Shown: positions 9,555 through 18,421 of the stretch, piece by piece | How the letters are laid out: every line of letters begins with the position of its first letter | Position numbering within the stretch: the stretch's first letter is position 1 | NCBI GenBank assembly: GCA_044868145.1 | Contig: JBIOWE010000006.1 | Coordinates: 151,707 to 215,706, forward strand | DNA length: 64,000 bases | Source: Patescibacteria group bacterium | Lineage (GTDB): Bacteria > Patescibacteriota > Patescibacteriia > UBA10025 > JBIOWE01 | Reading direction: 5' to 3' | Made by a program: the position numbers and the translations under genes | The notes under the pieces: model-generated | Told to the model about the DNA's origin: nothing | Database searches by the model: none | What the model saw: only the letters and a program-made list of their open reading frames with translations

Positions 9555-10349
9555 TTATGGCAATTGGAATAGGGCGCTTACGTACCCGGTGCCAAACGGC
9601 GCTTCGTACGAAAGGATTTGTGGCTTTACGTTGATGCTATTCAGGATGCCGAAGAAAATCGCGAAACTGCGCAAACCGCACTCTTGCACCTCTTCGACGA
9701 ACTGTGGGTCCAATTTCAGAAGTCCTTGGAAATCCTTTGCTTGAATTTTTTTGATTACATCTTGATCAAATTTCTCTGCCCACGCGGAGTAGCCTGCTGG
9801 CGATTCTTTTTTTGATCGACTTGAGAGTTCACCGGACGCAATGATGGCGATCCGTTTCGTTTCATTGACGATATCTTCTTGAAGTTTCATGCCAAACTGA
9901 TAATGAGCTTCAAGAGGCAAGAGTGAGTAGGACAGCGGAATAATCTTCACGTCCTGCCCTTTGGCGTCGTGCAAGAGCATGTACAGCGGCACCGAACTGC
10001 CGTGATCGAGCGTGGGTTGATTTGTGAGGACAACCGGTATGGTGCCTTCGAATTTCTCTTTCATGTGATGCGCCAAGCCAACATCGCCGGTTAGCGTCAT
10101 GGTGCTGGCAAGGTCGCCGAATTCAGCGAAGCTGATCGTATACTGCGGCGACAAATTAATGGAAAACGCGTCCGCAACCACCGAGCCGTGCGGCGAAATC
10201 AACAGTATTGTGTCCGGTTTTGTCGCGTATAACTCCTTTGCGATGAGGTCAAGCGACGCGCGGGTTTTTTCAACGAAACGGCTGTGCTCTTTGCCGATTG
10301 TCGGAATCAGGATCGGCGAATGCGGGACAATGGCGCTAAAAACTATCAT
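9555..10349 (-). CDS. Class III extradiol dioxygenase-like (LigB/Memo superfamily) protein
   Basis: N-terminal VPHSPILIP...SPHG pattern and about 265 aa. Family-level call only. Confidence 0.5.
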   Translation of the reverse strand: MIVFSAIVPHSPILIPTIGKEHSRFVEKTRASLDLIAKELYATKPDTILLISPHGSVVADAFSINLSPQYTISFAEFGDLASTMTLTGDVGLAHHMKEKFEGTIPVVLTNQPTLDHGSSVPLYMLLHDAKGQDVKIIPLSYSLLPLEAHYQFGMKLQEDIVNETKRIAIIASGELSSRSKKESPAGYSAWAEKFDQDVIKKIQAKDFQGLLKLDPQFVEEVQECGLRSFAIFFGILNSINVKPQILSYEAPFGTGYVSALFQLP

Positions 10350-10474
10350 ATCGTGATGAATTTCTAATGCCTAATTGATCTCATGACTAATCAATACCCA
10401 GTGGCTAATGACAGAATGACCGAAATTTAGACATTAGACATTGATTAGGAATTAGATATTAGAAATTAGTCATT

Positions 10475-11833
10475 TTATTGTACTATATCGATTGGATCTC
10501 CTTCCGGATGCAGGAAGAGGGCAGCATCTGTTGTCCGAATCAGGTTGTCCCACTTATACCCAAGCGCGTTAAACGCTTGTATCGAGGCGATGCCGCGACG
10601 TTGGCCGTTGGAAATCACATAGACGCCACGCATGCTCGGGGAAGTTACTATTTCTCCATCCTTGAACTTTATGGGATCACCCAGCTTATATTGGTTGATA
10701 GTCGTTTGTTCGACGACAACAGGTTTTCTGTTCGGAAAGCGGGACCGTAGAATTTCTCTGGACCAAATTGACTGGCGCACCCCGTTTTCTACGTACGAAA
10801 TCCCTCCGGTTTCAAGTGATTGTAGCAGGACCCCAGTGGGGTAAATACTTTGCATGTTGATGTTCGGCCCATTACTATAGACCGCAAGCTCTCCGTCGCT
10901 TGCGACGATGATTTCTTCTGGGTTAAATCCAATTTGCCGAAATACTTCTGGCGATTCAATATATCGTTTTGTGTCCCCATCAATCAGGAACACCCGACCG
11001 GTTGTATTGGAACGGACAAGTGAATAATTCGCGAATTTGATTGGCTGCCCTTCGTCGTACGCATCGATATCGCTTCGTGATACTTGAATGATGCGCGATG
11101 TGTCATATCTCGTAACAAGCGCCGTGCGAGAAAGGAAGGGTCTGCGCTTTCCATTTTGAATGAGGTACACGCCTTGTTCTCCTTGAACTTGCAGGAGCGA
11201 ACCGTCAGGGTAGTTCTTCAAAAACCACGAATTCCACAGCGTCCAAAACACTTCGTTGCCGTGAATATGGGGCGTATACGTGTACAAGTTCACGGTCGCT
11301 TGGTTTTGGATCGTGACGGTGACGTCATCGATAACATACGTACCCCCGACTTTAAAGTACCACTGACCTGCTTGGTCAATGTATTGGCGATTGCGCTTCG
11401 CGGCCCAGTTCACTTGGTTGAAGAATCCTTTGTATTGTTGGATGGCCGGATCATCTTTCGAGCACGAATCGCATACGCCGTAACCCGCTGCCCAGTCGTA
11501 TTGACTTTGGGTTGGCGTGGAATCAGTCACCAGGCTTTGTTCTTTTTGCAATACGACAATGAGCACCTGGGGGTTGATACGATAGTAGTTGCCAGCGTCG
11601 TAAATAACTTGCGCTGCGGTTTTTACGTTGCCCCACGGGTCAGTAATTTTATACGTCGCCAGCGTTCCTGTTTTGCCTTCAAGAAATCGCTGGATATGCG
11701 AAACCGACATGGATGCGTTATTCACCATGTCGAAGTCAGAGATGATATTGCCTGGATTAAACGTTGCCGTAGCGAAAACGGGGAAGGGGAATAGAAGCGA
11801 TGCAACGAATAATGCAATGGCGATTTTCTTCAT
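10475..11833 (-). CDS. Secreted protein with four C-terminal ~50-aa repeats
   Basis: The track ORF runs to 11992. The likely start is the internal M at 11833 (MKKIAIALFVASLLFPFPVFA signal peptide). Repeats have the form GxYLI-NGKRR...G(F/Y)...I...PI. Confidence 0.6.
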   Translation of the reverse strand: MKKIAIALFVASLLFPFPVFATATFNPGNIISDFDMVNNASMSVSHIQRFLEGKTGTLATYKITDPWGNVKTAAQVIYDAGNYYRINPQVLIVVLQKEQSLVTDSTPTQSQYDWAAGYGVCDSCSKDDPAIQQYKGFFNQVNWAAKRNRQYIDQAGQWYFKVGGTYVIDDVTVTIQNQATVNLYTYTPHIHGNEVFWTLWNSWFLKNYPDGSLLQVQGEQGVYLIQNGKRRPFLSRTALVTRYDTSRIIQVSRSDIDAYDEGQPIKFANYSLVRSNTTGRVFLIDGDTKRYIESPEVFRQIGFNPEEIIVASDGELAVYSNGPNINMQSIYPTGVLLQSLETGGISYVENGVRQSIWSREILRSRFPNRKPVVVEQTTINQYKLGDPIKFKDGEIVTSPSMRGVYVISNGQRRGIASIQAFNALGYKWDNLIRTTDAALFLHPEGDPIDIVQ

Positions 11834-11916
11834 AACGTGCAGAATTGTATGATACCATATTTTGGGAGAAATTGGAAGGGCCTTCTTTTTGAACCGCCAA
11901 AAACCAAGCGCAGGCC

Positions 11917-11975
11917 GCTGTGCCTGCGATTGGTGAATCGCATGGTCCAGCGCACCCACAGCGGGGTGCGCTGGA
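11917..11975. repeat. Intergenic repeat element, copy 1 (conserved ends CT(G/C)TGCCTGCGAT(T/A)GGT ... CGCACCCAC(A/G)GCGGGG(T/C)GCGCTGG)
   Basis: Near-identical 17-nt and 24-nt ends are shared with 21090-21148. Contains a GCGCACCC/GGGTGCGC hairpin. Confidence 0.6.
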
Positions 11976-11983
11976 TGGAAATA

Positions 11984-12009
11984 AAAAAGCACCGTTTTGA
12001 GGCGGTGCT
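11984..12009. terminator. Bidirectional terminator (A-run, GCACCG stem, T-run) downstream of the minus-strand small gene
   Basis: AAAAAAGCACCGttttgaggCGGTGCT. Confidence 0.5.
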
Positions 12010-12048
12010 CCTAGATACTTTAGCCTTGAATTACTTTGTTGGTACCTC

Positions 12049-12237
12049 CTAGTCAGGATAAGTAATGTCTAAGATGCTTCCCGGCACGACTTTGTAAACA
12101 GATTTGAATTCAGGGTCCGCTGATATTTTTTCCGCTAGGAGTTTGTTTCGTAGTCTTTTTTCCGCTTGAGCTATGTTCAGCGAGTCTTCAAAGACAATGT
12201 AAGGTAGAGCCATTACGAAGAAACAATGAGCATGCAT
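12049..12237 (-). CDS. Small hypothetical protein (62 aa)
   Basis: Strong SD (AAGGAGGA, 5 nt before the ATG), its own TTGACA-17-TAAAAT promoter and a downstream terminator. Confidence 0.5.
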   Translation of the reverse strand: MHAHCFFVMALPYIVFEDSLNIAQAEKRLRNKLLAEKISADPEFKSVYKVVPGSILDITYPD

Positions 12238-12258
12238 TTTTCCTCCTTATTTTAGGGT

Positions 12259-12287
12259 ATTTTAGAATAGTGCATTCCTTTTGTCAA
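12259..12287 (-). promoter_or_regulatory. Sigma70-like promoter TTGACA-17-TAAAAT for the 62-aa gene
   Basis: Read on the minus strand. Confidence 0.5.
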
Positions 12288-12294
12288 GACAGCG

Positions 12295-12354
12295 ATGCGG
12301 ATCTCAAGGATCCGCATATACCCTCGGTAGGTCAGGGCCAGGCCCTGACCTACC
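12295..12354. repeat. Two adjacent perfect palindromes (ATGCGGATC-tcaag-GATCCGCAT and GGTAGGTCAGGGCC-a-GGCCCTGACCTACC) in the divergent promoter region
   Basis: Exact reverse-complement arms. Related copy at 32931-32986. Confidence 0.6.
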
Positions 12355-12373
12355 GGCAAGGTTTGAGTTTCTT

Positions 12374-12402
12374 TTGTCAAGACGGCTTTTCCACGATATA
12401 CT
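12374..12402 (+). promoter_or_regulatory. Promoter TTGTCA-17-TATACT, 10 nt upstream of the tagA-like ATG (leaderless)
   Basis: Spacing and hexamers read directly. Confidence 0.5.
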
Positions 12403-12412
12403 GTACGTTGTT

Positions 12413-13159
12413 ATGGCTACAACGATATTGGGTACACGTATTGATACGCTGTCTAAGCAGAATGTTCTCGGGCGCGTTCGCTCTTTTTTAAATAGCAAAG
12501 AGCCGCATTTTATTGTTACCGCAAATCCAGAAATCGTCATGGCCGCGAAGCACAACGATGAATATCGCGCGATTTTAAACAAGGCGGATCTAGTGGTCGC
12601 CGACGGTATCGGTTTGAAATTCGCATCGCAGTACCTCGGCTCACCAATTCCGCAACGGCTTACTGGTGTTGAGCTAGTGTATGAGATTGCCGATATTGCA
12701 GAGGAAGAGAACGCGTCCATCTATTTGCTTGGCGCTGGCCACGGGATTGCGGAGAAAGCCGCTCGCAATTTAACCGAGCGATTTCCCGGTTTGACTATCG
12801 CGGGTTTTGAAAGCGGCCATCGGTTCGGGTGGTGGCGCGTGCCTGATGAGCGCATTGTGCGTCATATCAGAAGAAGCAAGGCCAAAGTTTTGTTTGTCGC
12901 CTTTGGTCATCCCAAGCAAGAAAAGTGGATTTATTACAATCTCCCAAAATTGCCCAACATCCGCATTGCCATGGGCGTGGGCGGCGCCTTTGATTACATC
13001 GCGGGCAAGGTGAAGCGCGCCCCAGTATGGATGCAAAAAATGGGACTTGAATGGCTGTATCGCTTGATGCGTGAGCCTTCACGGGGCCCACGTATCGTCA
13101 CGGCAGTTTTTCGATTCAGCTGGCACGTTTTAAAAAGTAAAAAAGCGCAAAACCAATGA
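12413..13159 (+). CDS. WecB/TagA/CpsF-family glycosyltransferase
   Basis: FIVTANPEIV...ADLVVADGIG motifs. The track start (12281) is an upstream TTG; the ATG at 12413 fits the family N-terminus. Confidence 0.8.
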   Translation: MATTILGTRIDTLSKQNVLGRVRSFLNSKEPHFIVTANPEIVMAAKHNDEYRAILNKADLVVADGIGLKFASQYLGSPIPQRLTGVELVYEIADIAEEENASIYLLGAGHGIAEKAARNLTERFPGLTIAGFESGHRFGWWRVPDERIVRHIRRSKAKVLFVAFGHPKQEKWIYYNLPKLPNIRIAMGVGGAFDYIAGKVKRAPVWMQKMGLEWLYRLMREPSRGPRIVTAVFRFSWHVLKSKKAQNQ

Positions 13160-13369
13160 GAATATACACAAAGCGGGGAGCGGGGAAGTCCCGCTACCGG
13201 TCTTCGTCGAGATTTCGCAACGCATCCTTCGCGAAACAGGTGAAAGTAAAGGCGGCCAATCAAAAGAAAAGGTGATGTTCCAATTGACGCCTTAAGAGGA
13301 TTTCTGTTAAAGTTGGTAAAGCTTATTGTTCGTTAACAAATAGTCAACCGAATAAAAGGAGGTGTTGCC

Positions 13370-14428
13370 ATGGCCGTACTGTATGAAATGGAAAAAAGGG
13401 GGCATGAACGTGTTTTTCATGTTTTCGACAAAGCATCAGGGTTACGTTGCATCATAGCCGTCCATGATACAACACTGGGACCTGCGCTTGGGGGGACTCG
13501 CATGTCTCTTTATAAGACTGAACAGGATGCATTAGTTGATGTCTTACGGCTCTCGCGAGGCATGACATACAAATCAGCGGTAGCAGACCTCTCGCTTGGT
13601 GGCGGGAAGGCCGTTATCATTGCTGACCCAGCGAAAGATAAAAGCGAGGAACTGTTCTTGGCCTACGGTAGAGCTATTGATCAGCTCGGCGGTTTGTATA
13701 TAACCGCTGAAGACGTTGGCACGACCGTTGCCGACATGGAAATAGTTCGTAAGGCTACTCGATGGGTAACCGGATTGCCGGAGAATTTAGGCGGTTCAGG
13801 CGATCCGTCGCCCGTGACTGCGTTCGGCGTCTATCGGGGCATGCAAGCTGCCATGGAAATCGTGTTTGGATCTGGCGATTTTCGAAGGCGTTCCATCGCG
13901 ATTCCTGGCTTAGGTAAAGTGGGTTATCCGCTTGCGGTGATGATGGCAAAAGACGGAGCGCAACTTTTTGTGGCTGACGTTAACCAAGTTGTTGCGCAGC
14001 AAGTGCAACGAGAGCTTGGTGCAACAATTGTGCATCCTGACGAAATTGCCACATTGAGTGTCGATATCTTGGCGCCTTGCGCACGCGGCGCAATTATCAA
14101 CAACAGGAATGTGTATACTATCAAAGCCAAGATAATCGCCGGAGCAGCGAACAATCAGCTGGAAGATGACAGCAAGCAAGGCCCGGTTCTTTTCTCAAAA
14201 GGGATTACCTATGTCGTCGACTTCGTGATCAACGCTGGCGGCGTCATAAACGTCTATAGCGAACTTGATCCCGCGGGTTTCAGCAGGGAAAAAGCTCTAG
14301 GACGCGCATCGTCAATTTACGATCGCGTAAAAGAATTGCTCACCATTTCCCGCTCGGAGAATATACCGACTACAGATGCAGCCATGATGATGGTTGAACG
14401 CCGGCTTGAGGCAGCTCGCAAAAAGTAA
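13370..14428 (+). CDS. ldh: Leucine (Leu/Val/Phe) dehydrogenase
   Basis: IIAVHDTTLGPALGGTRM and SDK...GGKAVI motifs nearly identical to characterised LeuDH. GGAGG SD. Confidence 0.85.
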   Translation: MAVLYEMEKRGHERVFHVFDKASGLRCIIAVHDTTLGPALGGTRMSLYKTEQDALVDVLRLSRGMTYKSAVADLSLGGGKAVIIADPAKDKSEELFLAYGRAIDQLGGLYITAEDVGTTVADMEIVRKATRWVTGLPENLGGSGDPSPVTAFGVYRGMQAAMEIVFGSGDFRRRSIAIPGLGKVGYPLAVMMAKDGAQLFVADVNQVVAQQVQRELGATIVHPDEIATLSVDILAPCARGAIINNRNVYTIKAKIIAGAANNQLEDDSKQGPVLFSKGITYVVDFVINAGGVINVYSELDPAGFSREKALGRASSIYDRVKELLTISRSENIPTTDAAMMMVERRLEAARKK

Positions 14429-14442
14429 AAATAATACATGAA

Positions 14443-14470
14443 GAGGTGCAAGCAAACGCACCTCTTTTTT
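14443..14470 (+). terminator. Rho-independent terminator
   Basis: GAGGTGC-loop-GCACCTC followed by TTTTTT. Confidence 0.65.
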
Positions 14471-14506
14471 ATTGATTTGTCGGTTCGTTTTTGATACACT
14501 AAAGCT

Positions 14507-16189
14507 ATGAAACGACTTTGGCTGACATGTATCCTTAGCCTCGTCGTCTTTTTTATCCCGTCGCATGCATACTCTCAATCAGAGAAGGTGCTTTCATTTG
14601 ATGCGACCATCACCCTAGTTTCCGACAGCACTTTCGTTGTCGAGGAGCATATCCTGTATGATTTTGGGAATCTCGAACGCCACGGTATCTATCGCGATAT
14701 TCCATATCAATACGAACGCAACGGCCTTACTTATAAGACACGTTTGGAGGTGCTTGACGTATCACCAGGACCCTACGAAACAAGCAAAAACGCCGGGATG
14801 CTGCACGTAAAAATTGGCGATCCGGATGTTCTTGTGACTGGTACGCAAGAATATGTCATTCGATATTCAGTCGAGCGTGCCATTAATTATTTCAGTGATC
14901 ATGATGAACTCTACTGGGATGTCACAGGCAACGGCTGGATAGTACCGATTGATGAAGCGTCTGCTACGGTAATGCTGCCGTCGGATCTGGATCCCAGCCA
15001 GGTTCAACTTGAATGTTTCACAGGTTCGGCTGGTTCGACTGATGCACAATGTACAAAACGATTGGAAGATCCTCGCAAGGTCGCTTTCGCGAGCAAGGCG
15101 CCGCTTGGGATAGGGGAGGGGCTGACGATTGTTGTTGGTCTGCCAAAAGGGGTTGTGCAACAGCCAAGCGCCTGGCAAAATATTCTTTGGATCATTCGCG
15201 ATAACTGGCCGTTTGCCCTGCCAATTGTTGCGTTACTGGTCATGTTGTATTTGTGGTGGACGCGCGGTCGAGATCCAAAGGACACGTTAGCAATCATTCC
15301 GGAATATGAACCGCCGACAAACCTTCGTCCAGCAGAGGTCGGAGTCGTCTTTGATCAGAGAGCCGACCTAAAAGATATCTCGTCAACGCTTATCGACCTT
15401 GCGATTCGCGGCTATCTGCGTATTATCCAGGGAGAAGAAAAGAAGTTGTTAAGCACGACAAAGGATTATACATTTACAAAATTGAAAGAACTGGGAGAAG
15501 ACGCAAAGCTGTTTGAAAAGGAAACTTTTGACGGATTATTCAACGGTGGTACGACGAAGCAACTCTCTGATTTGAAAAACAACTTCTATAAGCGTCTGGC
15601 TGATATCAAAACGGCTCTTTACAAAGGATTGGTTGAGCAAGGCATGTTCCCGACGAATCCGGAGCGGGTTCGCCACCTCTATTCGGGTATTGGCGTCGGT
15701 TTAGTTGTTGCAGGCTTTTTTCTGTTAAGTGGACTTTTAGGAGGCATCCTCATTGCATCAGGGGTGATTGTACTCCTGTTTTCATTGATTATGCCGCGCA
15801 GGACAAAAAAGGGCGTAGAAACCTATCGCGCGATTAAGGGATTCCGTTGGTTTCTGTCCGTTACGGAGAAAGACCGTTTAAAGTTTCACAACGCGCCAGA
15901 AAAGAAGCCGGAGCTTTTTGAAAAATTTCTGCCATATGCCATGGTGCTGAATGTGGAAAAAGAATGGGCAAAGCAGTTTGAAGGGATCTACCAACAGCAG
16001 CCGAACTGGTATCAAGGCGCGGCAAACGTGTATACTGCATTCATACTCTCTGATCTCATAAATAGTATGTCGCGCGACATGAACCATACCTTTGTTTCTC
16101 GTCCTGGCGGAGGGGGTGGCGCTTCTGGTTTTGGCGGAGGGGGTTTCTCGGGTGGTGGGTTTGGCGGGGGTGGCGGTGGAAGTTGGTGA
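14507..16189 (+). CDS. DUF2207-type membrane protein with Gly-rich C-terminal tail
   Basis: Signal peptide, large N-domain, transmembrane helices, and a GGGGGASGFGGGGFSGGGFGGGGGGSW tail. Confidence 0.65.
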   Translation: MKRLWLTCILSLVVFFIPSHAYSQSEKVLSFDATITLVSDSTFVVEEHILYDFGNLERHGIYRDIPYQYERNGLTYKTRLEVLDVSPGPYETSKNAGMLHVKIGDPDVLVTGTQEYVIRYSVERAINYFSDHDELYWDVTGNGWIVPIDEASATVMLPSDLDPSQVQLECFTGSAGSTDAQCTKRLEDPRKVAFASKAPLGIGEGLTIVVGLPKGVVQQPSAWQNILWIIRDNWPFALPIVALLVMLYLWWTRGRDPKDTLAIIPEYEPPTNLRPAEVGVVFDQRADLKDISSTLIDLAIRGYLRIIQGEEKKLLSTTKDYTFTKLKELGEDAKLFEKETFDGLFNGGTTKQLSDLKNNFYKRLADIKTALYKGLVEQGMFPTNPERVRHLYSGIGVGLVVAGFFLLSGLLGGILIASGVIVLLFSLIMPRRTKKGVETYRAIKGFRWFLSVTEKDRLKFHNAPEKKPELFEKFLPYAMVLNVEKEWAKQFEGIYQQQPNWYQGAANVYTAFILSDLINSMSRDMNHTFVSRPGGGGGASGFGGGGFSGGGFGGGGGGSW

Positions 16190-16231
16190 TTCTTTCGCTC
16201 CAAAGTAATAATAACTCTATATGCATAGTAT

Positions 16232-16627
16232 ATGAAAAAAATAATATTTTCCTCTTTGGTTATGGCTGTGCTCGCAACGATTTTTACAAGTTTTGTTATA
16301 AAGATTGATTCAAAAGAATATCCGACTACCCTTACGCAGCCTGCTTATGTCGACGATTTCTACGGATTCCCGCTCCCGTTTCGCGTACAAGAATGGCAGC
16401 CATCATGTAATGCATATCCCTCGGAATCGGGAGGAAGCGGGAAGTGTATTCTTGGTGAACAAAAATTTAGTTTTAAAGCCGGTGAACAGTTAAAGAATAT
16501 TTTATTGGACTTCGCAATTTATTTTCTCATTTCATATGTCGCGATTATGTTTATCAGGAAGATCATAAGTGTTAAAAAGAATATAAACACAAGTTCAAAG
16601 CCGCCTGGTGATTTTAAAAAGATATGA
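16232..16627 (+). CDS. Hypothetical small membrane protein (131 aa)
   Basis: N- and C-terminal hydrophobic helices. Translationally coupled to the next ORF. Confidence 0.4.
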   Translation: MKKIIFSSLVMAVLATIFTSFVIKIDSKEYPTTLTQPAYVDDFYGFPLPFRVQEWQPSCNAYPSESGGSGKCILGEQKFSFKAGEQLKNILLDFAIYFLISYVAIMFIRKIISVKKNINTSSKPPGDFKKI

Positions 16628-16848
16628 AAAGGATCGTCTGGATTATTATTTTTATTGTTCTCGCCGGTCTTTTGTATTACGGCTGGCGGAATCGTTCAGC
16701 TTTGCCAGTTATCGGCACAAACACGGACGTCAATGCGAAGAAAAGCCGAAACTTGGATTATTATTGCAATTTGCCGAATATTCCCAGTGATTATCAAAAG
16801 GATTGCGATAATTTCAAAAACGGATTTAACAGCGGACTTATACGATGA
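16624..16848 (+). CDS. Hypothetical membrane-anchored protein (74 aa)
   Basis: ATGA overlap with the upstream ORF. Its stop overlaps the xseA start. Confidence 0.4.
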   Translation: MKRIVWIIIFIVLAGLLYYGWRNRSALPVIGTNTDVNAKKSRNLDYYCNLPNIPSDYQKDCDNFKNGFNSGLIR

Positions 16849-18002
16849 AAGTTTATACCGTCTCTGAATTCAATAGCGCCTTGAAGTCCTACCTGGAAGA
16901 GGGGATGGCCAGCGTAGCAATTCAGGGCGAAGTCACTAGTTATCGAAAAGCCAAAGAAAAGCTTATCTATTTTGAGCTGAAGGATGACAAGGCGCGCGTG
17001 CTTTGTTTTATGCTCACGTGGGAGCTCAAAACGATTCTCGAGGATGGCATGGAAATCCGCGTGCACGGAAAGCCATCAATCTTCGTCGGCACAGGCGGTT
17101 TTCACGTCCGCGTGAAAGAAATCGAGCTGGTTGGCGCCGGCGCGCTACGAAAAGCGCTTGAACAACTTAAGCAAAAGCTTGAAAAAGAAGGGTTGTTCGC
17201 TCCAGAGCGCAAGCGTCCTTTGCCCCGTTTTCCATCGCATATTGGTTTGATCACCTCGCCGGACGCCGCCGCGTATACGGACGTCCTACGCATATTGAAA
17301 AATCGTTGGGCAGGCGTGACCGTGCACTTCTACCCGGTTTCTGTGCAAGGGTTCGGCGCCATCAAGGACATCATAGGCGCATTCAAATACTTCAATCGTA
17401 CGCACGAGGTAGAAGTGATTATTCTTACGCGCGGCGGCGGCAGTCTGGAAGATTTGCAAGCGTTCAACGCGGAAGACGTGGCCCGCGCTGTATTCGCGTC
17501 AACAATTCCCGTGGTATCCGGCGTTGGCCATGAACGCGACGTAACGATTGCCGACCTTGTTGCTGACCAGCGCGCTTCGACCCCTTCCAACGCTGCGGAA
17601 CGCGTTGTGCCGGATAAACATGAGGTACAAGCCGAACTCAGCTACATGGCTGAACGCCTGGAAGAACTTCTGCGACAGGAACTAGAAAGTAAGAACTTAT
17701 TTATTTCCACATTCGTTAGCAGATTTGAAGACTTGATACGACACAAACACACAGCTATAATAGAGAAAATTCTTCGCCTCAAGCAATCAGGCACGTATCT
17801 CATTCAGACGTGGCAAAATCGCATTCAAGAACATGAGCGTTTGCTCAAAACCCTTTCCCCGCAAGCAACGCTCGATCGGGGCTATAGCATTACGCGTAGG
17901 ATAGGGGATAAGAAGATTATCGCTAGCCCAACAGAGGTAAAGCCCGGCGAACGTATTCGAACGCGCTTGAAAAAAGGTGAGATTGAATCGAAGGTACAAT
18001 AA
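16845..18002 (+). CDS. xseA: Exodeoxyribonuclease VII large subunit
   Basis: OB-fold N-terminus plus catalytic core. Followed by xseB. Confidence 0.85.
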   Translation: MKVYTVSEFNSALKSYLEEGMASVAIQGEVTSYRKAKEKLIYFELKDDKARVLCFMLTWELKTILEDGMEIRVHGKPSIFVGTGGFHVRVKEIELVGAGALRKALEQLKQKLEKEGLFAPERKRPLPRFPSHIGLITSPDAAAYTDVLRILKNRWAGVTVHFYPVSVQGFGAIKDIIGAFKYFNRTHEVEVIILTRGGGSLEDLQAFNAEDVARAVFASTIPVVSGVGHERDVTIADLVADQRASTPSNAAERVVPDKHEVQAELSYMAERLEELLRQELESKNLFISTFVSRFEDLIRHKHTAIIEKILRLKQSGTYLIQTWQNRIQEHERLLKTLSPQATLDRGYSITRRIGDKKIIASPTEVKPGERIRTRLKKGEIESKVQ

Positions 18003-18004
18003 CT

Positions 18005-18238
18005 ATGGCCACAAAACAAAAGAAGAGCTTTGCAGAATCATTCGCAGAATTGGAAAAAATAACGGAGAAATTCGAGTCCGGCAATATTGACCTAGACCAA
18101 AGCTTGCAGGATTTTGAGCGCGGCTTGGCGTTAGCCAGTGAATTAAAGAAGCGTTTACAAGACGTGGAGAATAAAATCCGTACCATCAAAGATAAATTTG
18201 ATGATTTAGAGGACAAAGAGCCAGAAACCGAAGAATAG
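18005..18238 (+). CDS. xseB: Exodeoxyribonuclease VII small subunit
   Basis: 77-aa helical protein with an ELEKI..LE..DLDQSL pattern. Confidence 0.85.
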   Translation: MATKQKKSFAESFAELEKITEKFESGNIDLDQSLQDFERGLALASELKKRLQDVENKIRTIKDKFDDLEDKEPETEE

Positions 18239-18243
18239 CCGTA

Positions 18244-18339
18244 CCCCACACCATTTTTACAGTTTATGTTTCCTAACCCGTAACAGTTTACCACTTTTAC
18301 TATTTTGTTGTTTGAATGTCCTCTAAAAATGGTGTGGGG
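18244..18339. repeat. Long-range 16-bp perfect inverted repeat (CCCCACACCATTTTTA ... TAAAAATGGTGTGGGG) enclosing about 64 nt
   Basis: Read directly. Sits immediately before a promoter. Confidence 0.55.
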
Positions 18340-18368
18340 TTGACAGCAGTATTGTTATAGTATATACT
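18340..18368 (+). promoter_or_regulatory. Promoter TTGACA-17-TATACT followed by TATATACTA direct repeats
   Basis: Consensus hexamers. AGTATATACTA is repeated twice downstream. Confidence 0.55.
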
Positions 18369-18421
18369 AGGTATATATTAAGTATGAATGAAGTATATAC
18401 TAAGTATTAACGTTTTCTCCT

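Noticed and set aside
16012-16203. Pro-rich 63-aa ORF (PPPPNPPPEKPPPP) on the minus strand
   Set aside because: It is the antisense reading of the Gly-rich (GGN codon) C-terminal tail of the DUF2207 gene.
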